Positions 13,584 to 28,014 are shown, numbered from the stretch's first letter. The stretch: 64,000 bases of DNA from Chrysomallon squamiferum (GCA_012295275.1 CM022679.1:10416001-10480000); one strand, 5' to 3'. Numbers and translations are program-made. The notes: a model not told the origin generated them from the letters alone.

Positions 13584-14423
13584 AATCGTTATTAATATTG
13601 TAAATCAGCCAAATTGCTTTCTTTGGTTCTTCGACTCAGGTCACGTAGTGTTTCTTAACGACATTAAAAGGCAGCCGCACTTTAAAATATTTATTCCTCT
13701 GAAGCATTCAAGCATCTCTTTCCCTTTTTTTTTTTTTGTTGTTGTCCATAAGTAATAACTTCTAACCATACAATCTGAAATAACGTCACTCGCTCCTACC
13801 AGACCTTGTCCAGCTGGTAATGTGTAGACCTCAAAAAAAACGTGAATAATGCGTTTCAGGCTTTCTAAAGGGTTGAGCGGGGAAAAAAAAAAAAAAAAAA
13901 TAGGATGTATGTTCGTTTTGCAAGACGGACAAAAGCTTCAGCCCATTTCGAAATTGCTTGAGGAAAATTGTGGACATCTTTGGGCAACCCATTTCATTAC
14001 TGTTCGTCTTCTGTCGGCTCTGGCCCAGTGACCCAGTGCTCCAGTCTCTGAGAAAGGCGGTTTCCATAGTTATGTCACGTTCCTGTTACTGTGCGCTTAG
14101 GTCTGCTGGCGTGCTGACTCAACGGCACCGAGTTCGTTTCATCTCACTGGCTCAAATGAATTATGCCAGCTTGAGAAATGAAACGTAATTACAGTAGCAC
14201 AAACGGTTATCGAATTTTAGTCAGCATGTTTAAATATCACACAATACATTTTTTTTTTCAAATTCTTTAATTTTTTTTTTATAGAATGATATTAAATAAG
14301 TATTTTTAAAAACAAGTAATAATAATATTTATGTCAAAATGCATTTTCATTAGGGTTCTACAACAATAAATTATTATTATTATTTTTTAAATCCTTTAAA
14401 ATCTACTACTACCACTGCTGCTG

Positions 14424-14516
<93 letters not shown>

Positions 14517-15369
14517 TACCACTACTACTACTACTACTATTACTACAGCTACTACTATTATCACTACAGTTCCTACTTCTACCACTATTATCACTATTGC
14601 TAACTTTACTGTTGCTGGTGCTGCTACTGCTGCTGATGTTGCTGCTGCCACTTTTTCTAGAGTACAACGTCAAGTTCTTTGACTGTTAAAATGATAATAA
14701 TTTGTGTATCCGTAATGACTGTCAGTTTTAAAGGTCGAAGTGCTAATGCCCTTGGATTTTCAAATAATAATTTCGTTATATGATAGGAATGACATTTGTA
14801 AAATTACCTTTTATTTTGATTACGTTTAGAAAAAATGGTTGTTTTATGATGGTTTCTTCTTTTAATGTTTGTAGAATTATACAAAAGGCATTCTCTACTG
14901 AGAATACTTCAAAAATTTCTCGATATTTCATGTAAAAATAAAAGAAAAGAAGAAGAAGAAGAAGAAAAGAAAAAAAAAACACACAGCAATTCTACCAGGA
15001 CCGTAAGTAAAATATTTTTCAAATACTGAAGTGCATCATTTTCTAAATAGTAAAATTTAGCGTGTTCTTTAGTTATGCACATTTTTTTTTTTTTTTTAAC
15101 CTGTGAGACTATTTCATTGATTTTGTTGTTATAACGGAGAAGTTTGGTATTAAAGATCAGACATTTAAACAAAGCAAAGATCAGCCTTTATTTAATTATT
15201 GTGTGGGCTGAAGACAAAGACTTGTCATCAAAGAAAATCTATTCACAAATGACGTATCAAAAATGTTGTCATGATTGTAACAAGCGGAATATTAACTTCT
15301 GTCCAAAATTGCTATGTTGTATGTATCGGTAAAAAAAAAACCCCACAAAAAAACAACTACACAACCACA

Positions 15370-15411
<42 letters not shown>

Positions 15412-15754
15412 AACATTAACAATACAGAAAGAAGAAGTAATAAAAAAAAGAAATAAAGAAAGCAAGAAAAGCATTCCTAAACAACATAAAAATACGTACA
15501 CTAATAATAATAATAAGAAGAAGAAGAACAACAACAACAAGAATAAGAAGAAGAAGAAGAAGAAGAAGAAGAAAAGAACAACAACAACCATACCAACACC
15601 AACACCACCAACATCATCACCTTCACCATTACCGCCAATAATAATAGAATAAAAATATACGGACACATCTACCCATGCATGTACTAGCTATCCAAACACT
15701 AACACAAACCTAAAAAAAAACCCTAAATGCTGTCTTTTTAAAAATAATACTTAA

Positions 15755-15828
<74 letters not shown>

Positions 15829-16721
15829 CCGAAATTCCACAATAGATACCTATTTTGTTAGCGAATTTCGAATTCTCCCGTGTGACTGTTCACGGTTTTA
15901 ACAAAACAGTAAATGGACTTAATACGGTTCTCTCAACACTTTGGCCAAGACCGTAAGACAAACGAAGCCAATGACCCATTTGTATAATCTCGTCAAATTA
16001 AGACCGTCACTGCAGACATCACAATTATTTCCTAATCGGTTAATGGCTTCATAACTTGCTTGATTATGCACACAGCTATGGATGCTATCAAATATCGATC
16101 CCCAATTGCTTGTGTCATTCTAATAATTTAGAATTTAAAAAAAAAAAAAAAAAAAAAAAAATCAGTTTTGCAAGACGGAGTAGGAAAAACAAATTACCTG
16201 AGTAAAGACCGAATAAATTAGCGATAATTTAACGAGAAATGAATCAGCTAATCGAGTCGTTGATGGAACTACTATTCTTGTTATATCTGCTGCTTCTAGT
16301 ATTACGACAACTACTACTGCTTCTAATACTAGTATCATACTGGTGCTACTACTACGACTACTGCTACTACTACTTTCTTATTACTACAACTGTTGCTACT
16401 ACTACAACAGGCATACTACAACTATTTCTGCTACTATAACAAATATTCCCCACAACATCAACACCAGTGATGACATTATACTACTACTGTGCAAATAACG
16501 ACACCATCATCATCAAAAACAACAACAACAATTGCTACTTCAGTTATTTATGTTACTGCAGCTACTACTGCTACACGAACTGCTACAACTACAACTTTTG
16601 CCTCCATGATTATTTGACATATTTTAATTAATTAGATGAATTCTCGACTGACAAACAAATTATTCTAATTTATATAATATTTATTTAAATATATATTATA
16701 ATATTTATTTATAGTAATTTC

Positions 16722-16990
16722 TAATTGATGAATAAAAAATGACACGAAGAAAATAATGGAATACGGAATATGTGAGTAAATGAATTAACGAATTTCTAAC
16801 CACAACTCATTATTTTTATCTTTCCTGTACACACTGCAAATAGTCAAAGCGAACACATAACATAACGGACGTATTTTAATATTTATAATGATTTGTAATT
16901 GATGAATAAAAAATCACAGAAGAAAATAACGAAATAATGAATATATGAGTAAACGAATTAACGAATTTCTAACTACAACTCATTATTTTT
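16722..16990. repeat. Direct duplication, ~175 bp period
   Basis: taattgatgaataaaaaat..gaagaaaataa..gagtaaa.gaattaacgaatttctaac.acaactcattattttt appears at ~16722-16817 and ~16896-16990. Confidence 0.8.
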
Positions 16991-18499
16991 TCTATTTTTA
17001 CTGTACCAAATACGAGTCGTTAAAGAAAAAAAAAAAAAAAAAAAAAAATATATGATATAAATGGTTATTGCAAATCATGCCGTGTTAACGCGCCTTATCA
17101 CTGAACACCTGCTTTTTTTGGTGTGGGGGGAAATGGTTATTTGGAAACATTTCTGCAAAGGGCGTATCTAGGTGGCGCTGTTGTATAGAAACAACGAACA
17201 CATGTAACAACACTTATCCGTCTTTTAGGAGTTATTCATAAAGTGATGTTCCAAAAACCGGAAAGAAATACCTTGAAGAATCATAGCAAACAATACACAT
17301 CGGTCTGTTTATTTTATTTACCTGAGGTTTATAGTTACGTGAAGTAAATGTGATAGAATTTCTGTGTTATGAAAACATAAAAGATTTTTTTTTTTTGTAT
17401 AAGGTTGGTAAGGAAATTCGTGGCAAAGTACGGTTTTAGAATACATTTTGTTCGTTGTTGCTGTTGTTTTTTTTTTTTTTTTTTTTTTTTAAATGTTTTT
17501 GTTTGATTGGTCGTTTGAAGGTTTTTTTCATTTTCTGTTTTATTAAACTTGTTTTTAATTAATACTTAATTTGAAACATAATTATTTAAAATATGATCCT
17601 TATAATTATTTATTACTGTTGTTATCATTGTAAATTGATATATTAACTGAAATAATGATATATTATATGATGTTAAAATTACAGATAGACGTATTAATGA
17701 ATAATAAAAGAAATGGCTATAATAAAAGAAATGAAAAAAATAAATAAACAATTTTGATTTTTTTAACTTAAAAAGCACAATCATGAAAATAGGAAAGACA
17801 GAATCAGATATACCCACAACACACAAACATACACACACACACAAAGAGACAGATAGGGCATTATTTTACGCACTCTATAACTAATCTTATATTAACTGAT
17901 GCTTTTAATATGAAATGTTAACTTCAACACTTCAGCTTGTTTAGAACGACCGACAATTCAACCCAGCTCTATTTCGTTATCAGCGCAAACACAACATAAT
18001 TACATCATTCATTTAAAATGACGTCACAAAGATAACACGAAAACTGTAAGTAACCACTAACAACACGTCCTGACGCTTTTTTTGCTTATTCAAACTCGGC
18101 GAACTCGGCGACTCAGATTAACAACAATAAATTATTTTTCAGAAAGTTTTCACCGGCTGTAATTCGAGCTCGGATATGGTTTAGCGAGTGTAATATCGTC
18201 ACTCTTTCAGGCAGCACGTGCAAATGTTTGCTGTGGTCTGTCGGTGCTAATGAAGGGTGGCGAAACAGAATAGACGATCACAGTCAGAGATGAACGTACG
18301 GACTGCACGTAATTGGACTTGGTAATTGGCGATAGTATCTGTCTGTATGTGTGATACAGAACTCGCAGTTTGATTAAACACACCAGGCTGAAAATCGCTA
18401 AAGGTGATCGTTTTGTTAACTTACTATAAGCTTAGTGAAATCTTTGTTGACCAAAAACGTGGTGGAGGTGGTGGTGGTGGTGGAAATAATAATGATGAA

Positions 18500-18505
18500 A
18501 TGGTG

Positions 18506-18554
<49 letters not shown>

Positions 18555-18559
18555 TGATG

Positions 18560-18621
<62 letters not shown>

Positions 18622-18678
18622 AATAATGATGATATTAATAATAAAATAATAATAATAATAATAATGAATAATAATGAA

Positions 18679-18775
<97 letters not shown>

Positions 18776-18780
18776 AAAAT
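18500..18780. repeat. (AAT)n / (AAAT)n microsatellite
   Basis: Directly visible. Confidence 0.95.
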
Positions 18781-18799
18781 TAAATTGATCAGTGAATAT

Positions 18800-19180
18800 C
18801 ATGGTATAGTATTGTATGGATTAGCATAGTATTATATAGTGAAGCATAGTACAGTATAGTATAGTATAGTATAGTATAATAATTGTGGTATAATATGATA
18901 CAACATAGTATAGAAAAATGTAGTATACTATATTATGGCTCAATATAGGATGCATAGCATAGTATCGCATAGCATAGTACAGCATAGAATAGTACTGGTG
19001 TAGGGTAACATAGTATAGTATTTCATACTATAGTACAGTATAATACAGTATCTTTTAGTATGATATAGTGTAGTACAGTATTTTATAGCATGATATATTA
19101 TAGTATAGTATGGTTTGATATAGTATAGTATAGTATAACATTGTAGAGTACAGTATTATACAATGCAGTTCAGAACAGTA
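18800..19180. repeat. Degenerate pentanucleotide satellite (ATAGT)n
   Basis: Continuous 5-bp periodicity atagt/acagt/atagc/atggt. Confidence 0.85.
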
Positions 19181-20446
19181 CATTGAAATATTAACATAAT
19201 ATTTTTAACAACAACAGTATATATTGCTGTATACTTAATTCCACTCATCTAGTTAAATACATTACATTTTCCAGTGCCGTTAATTACAGAGTTTTATAAT
19301 ACTAACCTACACGTATTACTTAAAACATTATGAGGCAACATACAGTTGCTTTGTCTGGAAATGAAAGCGTAGTATTGTATAAGACCACCTGAATCAAGTA
19401 TTATTACAACAAGACATTTCTACATCAAAGGTTATTTAATTACCATGGTGATTTTTATCTGATAATAAAAAAAACCCAACAATAACACAAACACATTTAT
19501 AAAAGAGATATGTTTTTGACAATGATTATAACAAAAAAAAAACAAAAACAAAATGGATGATGATATTAAAATACAACTAACGTCTTTACCTACGTCAAAT
19601 ATAATTTTAAGAAATTCAAAAAGTTCTGAAAGGAATACTACTGATAATAATTAGTAACAACAACAACAACAACAACAACAATAATAACAAAACATATAAT
19701 TGAAATAATTGCTTTTCTCTGGGATCAAATATAGACTTTATCATAAGTTTTTTATAACAGGAAAACTTTAAAATAATTATCAACATACATTATGCACACT
19801 GACTCAGATTGCAGTTTGAATTAGCAAGTTTTTACTCTTATTTAAATTAGCTCATTTTCAATCTAATTTGTTTGTTTTTTTCTTAGTAATTTTTATAATA
19901 CCTGTTTTTTTTTTTTTTTCCTTCCTGCGGAAATTCGAATAAATAAACAACAGAAAGGATAAAATGTCAACTATTACATAAGAGAAAGTTCTGGAGACAA
20001 TATAATGCTTTCGTTGTGAATGGATTTTAAAATGTCATCAGTTATTTTCGACCAGAGAAAGTCACTGAACGAGAAAATGTCAAGCTTATTTGTATAAAAA
20101 TCTATTCCTTAATGACTTCTCCCCAGTTTTTCTCCGTTCTTGCTTTTTCAATGTTTTGATGTCAGTTTGTATTATGTTTTTCTCTTTTCTAGCCAGTTAA
20201 TAAAGATTCCATTTTAATTTGAATTATGCACTTCTGTTGTCCAGTTAATTTGCTTTCTTCCGGCACAAACACACAGAAAAAAGAGAGAGAGGGAGACAGA
20301 GAAAGAGAGAGAAGAAATGAACGAAATAAATAAAGAAAAAATTTAGAAAGACAAATATACAGAGAATAAATTAAAAAAAAAAAACTGTTTAGAGAGAGCA
20401 AAGGAAGGAAGATAATGTGATACAGAGAGAGAGAGAGAGAGGGGGG

Positions 20447-20557
<111 letters not shown>

Positions 20558-21564
20558 CATTTCCATTCGTACTTTTCAATAAAGAAAAAGCCTATTTCAG
20601 TTCTGTTATTAAAGAAAGTAAAAGAAACAAGACAATATATAGCTGGAGAGACTGGGAGATAACACAAAACGAAACCAAAAAAGCAGAAATATTTACTTTT
20701 ATTTCACATTATTAACTTCTTATTTCTACTTTTAACATCACGCAATTATTCCTCAAAGACAAGATTCATTCTTCTTAATTTACAAACGGCAACCAGTGTC
20801 TGAAAAATCTACGTGGTGTACTTTTTAAACCAGTCTGGTTTGGAATGTGAACGTTACTGCATTAAATTCATTCACACGTTTTAGTTAAGAAACCAAAATA
20901 TTTACACACGGACGGACAACAGAACAAGGACGGTGTTCTTCAGGGAACTCTTTGATACGCTTATTTCTTATTATCGTGACGAAATCGTATTCAGACAATG
21001 CTGATGTTTGCGGAGCCGTCGTAGCCGGCTTAGTCGCAGTCACGGTGGTGTTTGTGGCGTCTTGAAGACTCTGAATGCGAACAGAGTAATCGGATTTTTG
21101 TAAAAAAAAAGATTAAAAAAAGAAAAAAGAAAAAGAAGAAGAAAAAAGAAAAATATATCCATATGTACAAGGATGATTTATTATTATTACCATCATCAGC
21201 TTTATCATTTATCAAAATCATCACGACTGTCATCATCTTCATAATCGTCGTCGTCGTCATCATCATCATCATCATCTTAATTGCCATCGTCGATTCAACG
21301 CCCATCCGCGACGTGAAAATCAACATTATGATGATCATTATTGCTGTTGTCGTCGTCATCAACGTAGTTATTATTAAGTTGTTATCATCATCTTCTTAAG
21401 TGTCAACACCATTCTCAGTGCCATCGTCAGCACCTGTGTCTGTTGATAGTTACATAGCATCGTATGTCATTTTACAAGAATTATTTTAATGTTATGAATG
21501 ATAGCTACATTATCATTAACAAGAAATCGTCTAACTACGCCATAAAAATATATAAATATCTTCG

Positions 21565-21595
<31 letters not shown>

Positions 21596-21669
21596 CTTAA
21601 GACTGTATTGAAGATCGGTTAATTTTAAAAATTGTCTTCATCGCAACGATAACTCCCTCTTTCCCTAAA

Positions 21670-21909
21670 TAACCCTAACCCTAACCCTAACCCTAACCCT
21701 AACCCTAATCCTAATCCTAATCCTAACTCTGACCTTAACGGTAACCCTAACCTAACTGTCACTCTAATCCTAATTCTAACTGTAACCCTAACCCTAACCC
21801 AAACCCAAGACTAATCCTAACCTAATCCTAACCTAACCCTAACCCAAACTCTAACCCTAACCCTATCCTTAACCCTAACCCTAAACCAGCCCTAACCCTA
21901 TTATTAACA

Positions 21910-21942
<33 letters not shown>

Positions 21943-21992
21943 TCTAACCATAACCCTATCCTTAACCCTAACCCTAAACCAGCGATAACCCT
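21670..21992 (-). repeat. Interstitial telomeric repeat tract (TAACCC)n / (TTAGGG)n, degenerate, with internal duplication
   Basis: About six perfect TAACCC units from 21670, then variant units (TAATCC, TAACTC, AAACCC). The block taaccctatccttaaccctaaccctaaaccagc..taaccctattattaacaaataataa occurs twice (~21858 and ~21951). Confidence 0.9.
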
Positions 21993-22707
21993 ATTATTAA
22001 CAAATAATAATAATAATAAATAAAAATAAAATATAAAAAATAGATAAAAAGAAAATAGATAAAAATAAAGTTAATACGTAATGTTTTCTTCCAAAGAGTT
22101 AGTTAAAAATTAATTTGATGTTGCTGCAAAAAGAAAGCTCCACAAGTGAGAGCTAAATGTGGAAACATTTAATTTACTTTACTTCCTTTGTTACTGGAAT
22201 GTACACAGAAGATAAAGTAAATGAATGCAAGGTTTACTTAAATCACCAACGAGTTGACAGCACAGCAAACATACACAGCATCTTTGATTTGGTTTTGTTT
22301 TAAAATCTTTTCTTTTCTTTCTTTTTAATTATATATATATACATATATATAATAATGAAGGCATGTTAATATATACATATATATATATATGTCAATGTGC
22401 CTTCATTATTAAGCTTTATCTATACTTTATCAGTAGTAAAGAATAGACCTCTAATAACAAATTGTATTTTTTCCCTTTGGTAATATTTGGTAACAAGTTC
22501 TGTTTTATTCGTTCATTGTGATTGTTCATAGTGATGTGTTCAATATGTAAGGAAAGCTGTTGGTTTTTTTTTTTTTAATGTTATATGATATGCTACTACG
22601 ATACAGTTGAATGTTATTTGTCTAAAATAGCATAAACATAATGTTGATCTATTTCTTGGTCTCATCACAATATCTAGGATACTTTATGCATATTAGTAAA
22701 GTAACAG

Positions 22708-22747
<40 letters not shown>

Positions 22748-22782
22748 TAATAATAATTAATAATAGTAATAATTATGATGAA

Positions 22783-22817
<35 letters not shown>

Positions 22818-22825
22818 TAATAGTT

Positions 22826-22934
<109 letters not shown>

Positions 22935-23353
22935 TAATAGTAAAATAATTAAAACGTCTTCCAGCAAGTTCTGCACGATTTTCTGTCTAAACTGTTTTTC
23001 TGTGACGTGTCAGCAGGACGCACAATTAACTTGGCAGTGGTGTTTTGTGGCGGTGGAAGCTCTATTAACCACTAATTACTGAGATCATGTATATCTGCAG
23101 ATCATGTCGTAGAGCGAGGTACAGCACAGTAGCTGATCTCTCGCTGCAGTTCTTTTCATCAGTGGATCGATTAATCTTGGCGAAAATTCTTCTGGTCATT
23201 AATACATCATGACACTCGTAAAAGACACTCGACAAATGATGAGTTGTATTTGTAATTGTTTGGAGAAATTAAGTATGCAATGTTACGTTCTCGTGGAAGA
23301 TAGTTAGATACAGATAGACTGACATTCTCTGTCTCTCTCTCTCTAAAACTGTT

Positions 23354-23420
<67 letters not shown>

Positions 23421-23438
23421 TCGTTTTTATTTATTTTG

Positions 23439-23477
<39 letters not shown>

Positions 23478-23546
23478 TGCATTTATAAATCTAAGGTAAA
23501 TATTCAAACTCTAATCAATTTATGTTTGTTTTGTCTAAAAAGAAAG

Positions 23547-23609
<63 letters not shown>

Positions 23610-24254
23610 CATAAAAACAGCACTAACGCGTTACTTATTACAGTACCGTCTTTTCTTTTTTTTTAAACTCTTTAGTTCTTGGTTACATTACAGCAAATAA
23701 CCTTTAATAAACCTCCACGCCCTTCCGCTACCAACAGCGATTCATCTGCCTCCGCACACACACACACACACACACGTGCCTTCGAAAAGAACGCACTTGC
23801 GTGACCACCGGAAATGTCTTGCACGTTGCAAAATAATCAGGGAAAAACCATTCCAGAGCCTGGTCCAGGAATTCGGTGACCGGGTCTGCTGCAATGAATG
23901 CCGAAACATCCGCCAGATTTTTATTATGGCATCCCTGTTTGTATCTCGTAGAAAACTGAGGCATCTCCAGCTCGCGTGTTCACGTGTTTACACAACCCAC
24001 GGTGGTATTCTCCAGCACATTTCGATTCCGCTTTTTCCTTCATCATTTTGCGCAGCTCATCACGGTATTTGCGTTGCAGAAGGCAAGAGTGCTAGTGACA
24101 CAGATGCATGTTATAATGTGGAAAGGTATGGGGCGGCGCAAAGTTCAAGGACGAGTTTGGTAACGAACAAAGAATTTGTAACAATGAATGTTTCAGGTCT
24201 CTCAGTGAAAATAATAATAAAAAAATACAACAACTTACACACAGACAGACAGAC

Positions 24255-24328
<74 letters not shown>

Positions 24329-24349
24329 TGAATGTGGAATTTTAAAAAT

Positions 24350-24434
<85 letters not shown>

Positions 24435-25552
24435 GTGCGGAGGTTATATGCATTTGATTATTATAATTTATATACTTGCTTTAAAATTTTCAGAAATGAA
24501 CGATAATAGGTTATTAAAAAGTATAATTAATGATATCGAAAAGTTGAGGTAATTAATTACTTAAACTTTTAATAAAGTTATTTCAAGTTCTCTGAGAGTA
24601 ATTATTCATTCTAATCATGCTCGAAAACACACGCACACCATTGAGAATTCTTTACGGAAAAGTAATTGTTCAAGGAGACCGAGTCTTTGAAAGTCAAATA
24701 AAAACTATTGAAATCCCAATCCCGTAAAGGTATGTAAAAATGTATGCAGATTGAATCATTTGATGATGTAGAAATACTAAATCTAATTATATTAACTATT
24801 CTTTGCCGAATTAATTAAAACTATATACTCCAAATCTAAATTTGATTTCACATTGTGTAACTACAGCTTAAAATATTTATCTTTACAAGATGGACATTCC
24901 TCCAGTAGAGTATAGGACGTCAGTTGCTTCCACGAAATAGGGCCTGCTAAAAACGGAACCATCTGGCTAAACATAAAACATTATTAACACAACTTCTCAC
25001 AAAAAGAAACTACCATTTTTACTTTTTATAACTACGTTTAGCTGTTGATCTTCAAAGTCTCTAAAAGAATGAATCGAAGTTACTTTCATCGCAGTCTGGC
25101 ACCGATTCGTCCCTGAGGCAAAAATACGCAGGTGTAAGTTAATTATACTGACCAAAAACTAATAATTTAATAATTATTGTTTTCGTAACAATGGTCAGGC
25201 ATCTGAATAACATACCTTAGAGATATATATATAATTTACGATAACTTTCTTTCACTGGTTCATTAAAAGAACGTTACAAAAATAAACAATGTTAGGTTCA
25301 TTACGTCACTGTGCGAATATAACAAGATTTACGGTACAAGGGAAGTTACTCTACATTGCTTTTGCATTCGTGTAAATGTATTGTTTTTTCATGCTTAAAA
25401 AAAAAATAATTATTTAAAATTTATTTAGCGATTAATATTTAAGATCTAAAGCATTAAAAGTTTTCTTTGTATCTATAAATTTGTGTCCTAAATATTTATT
25501 AAAATATTTGGAAATATTTTATTATGATTATTATTTATTGTTGTTGTTGTTG

Positions 25553-25586
<34 letters not shown>

Positions 25587-27105
25587 ACTTTTCACTGCCA
25601 ATGTTTTTAGAACTGCACCTTAAATAAAATTTTGTTGTGTCTTCATTAAAAAGATTGTAAAATATAAATTAAAAAAAAAAAAAAATAATAATAATAATAA
25701 TAATATTCTGGATTATATATATTTTTTTAAATAAAAAGAAACAAAATACATTTTAATTTCTTTTATTTCTATATGAAAGATATCAAAACAAATATATCTG
25801 AGTAAAATATAGAGTAAATGCAATAAAATTTGTCATAATAATAACATGTGCGTTATTTAAACACTTTAATATATAGATTAAAAAACCAGAGTTGCATCCC
25901 TTGGACATAGTTAAGTGAGGCTATAACTTTCTTTTGTCTTTTATGTTAGTTATTAATTTTATTAGTAAAATCTGCTCTAAACACTGTTAAAAATTCTAAA
26001 TTAAAAATTTTATGCATCAAGCAATTAAAAAAAAAAATGTTTATCACAGTCTAATTGAATTGAAAACATACATGATTGGTATTCATTAATTTTATTTTTA
26101 ATCTTTAATTTTCGGATTTCACCCATGATTTAATACTATTACATTTTACAGCTAAACAAAAAAATGGTTTTGGATGTCAACAAATATTGATAATCGATAT
26201 TTTTTTTCACACCAACTTTACATCATTTATTACATCAAATACTGAATCTTTTTGAACAAATTTCAAGGTAAAATAAGGTAAAATACAAATTTCAGACAAT
26301 ATTCAAACAGGTTAGAAAAAAAAATGCCAGCACGTTTCTGTATGTGTATGGTTGTCTGGACACACTTCCATTGAAACTGATGAAAAAGTTTGGGGTTTTA
26401 TTATATATAAACAGAAGACAAAAATAAAAGGCAAAAAGATAAAATAATACAGCAATAGGATTGTCTTTATAAAAATACTTGTAGAAAGTCTTTTCAAATT
26501 ATTATTTTTCTTATTTTTTCAATTTTAGTAAAACATTTCTGTTACTACATTAGTTAAGATATCAGTCAGTTAGAAATAAAACTGTAAAAAAATAATAGAT
26601 CTGATATTTCAAAATTATCAAATTATTCACTGATCTCTTTGGACAAAACTGAATACTGTACTAATATTTCAGTTACTGCATTTTCTGTTATCATGCAGTT
26701 GTTAATGAAAAAGAATCAAACAATTAAAAATTTCAAGGTTCATAAACTTTCATCAGAACATGATATAATGATTAAATAAGTTTCATAATTCATAGTTTCA
26801 TCAGGAGAACAGAATGATATGATTAAAACTGAAAAAAAATATAAATACTTAACAACTGGCCTGCTTTGCAATGATCAGATGACTTTTAAAAAAGTACTCA
26901 AGCCCTTGGGGCATTTAATGCCACAGAAAAGTTTAAAAAAAAGAATTAAATGGTTACCCTATTTGTATCCTACTAATATCATTTGTCTGTAGGAAAGTCC
27001 CTGCCAGCTCCATGAAAATAAAAACGAAGATAAAATTTCCAAAAGAAACCACAATCTCTTCTACTCTAAATATTAAGCTACTAATATAAAATAAATATTG
27101 TGTAT

Positions 27106-27584
27106 TTATGAAGATGCAGGTTTCTTTACATTACTGAGTAATTTTTTCAGTTCCTCTGTTGAGTTAACAGGGAGGGAACAAGTGTGTTTCTCACAAACGT
27201 AGGCTGTTGTCTTGCCGTTAACTTTATTTAAAGTCTGAAGAATAGGAAGCTTGGTTCTCAGGAAGGATTCGGTGCTGCCATCTGTGTGTATGATGATTTT
27301 ATTGGGGAGATAACTCTCGTGGATTGTCTTAAGCATCTCTTTGGTTTCATGTGATTCTTTGTCTCCAAAAATGATTATCTGCAGGAAAAAAATAAATTCA
27401 TAAATGAAAATAACAACAATAATGTAATTATGTTTAAAACATTTTTACAAAAAAAGAAAGAAAAAGGGCTGCTACTTTTAAAATGTAAATCTAATGAAAC
27501 TGATAACTGAAACAATAATTCCAAAATTAAAACCAAATTTAATGAAATTTAAAAAAAAAATGAATGAAATTTAAATAATAATAA

Positions 27585-27647
<63 letters not shown>

Positions 27648-27876
27648 CACTGAAAGACAGATATAAGAATGAACCTGTTTTGGGGTAGACACTGAGAAGA
27701 CAAAGGCACACAGGAGTTCTGGGACAGCTATTGGAATCTTTTCAAGTCTTTGACTGTAAACTTCAAATATCTTCATTCCTCTGTCAGACCATTCACTGTT
27801 ATTCAGAAAGTGAGACAGTCTTAGCAGATTCATTGCAGAGACTGAGTTAGAACTTGGTTCAGCTCCATCCTGATCT

Positions 27877-27948
<72 letters not shown>

Positions 27949-27967
27949 GCAACAACAACAACAACAA

Positions 27968-28014
<47 letters not shown>

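Noticed and set aside
23079-24100. Seed-like matches to bantam (TGAGATCAT, ~23080) and miR-31 (AGGCAAGA, ~24081)
   Set aside because: Only 8-9 nt match; the rest of the mature sequence and a proper hairpin are missing.
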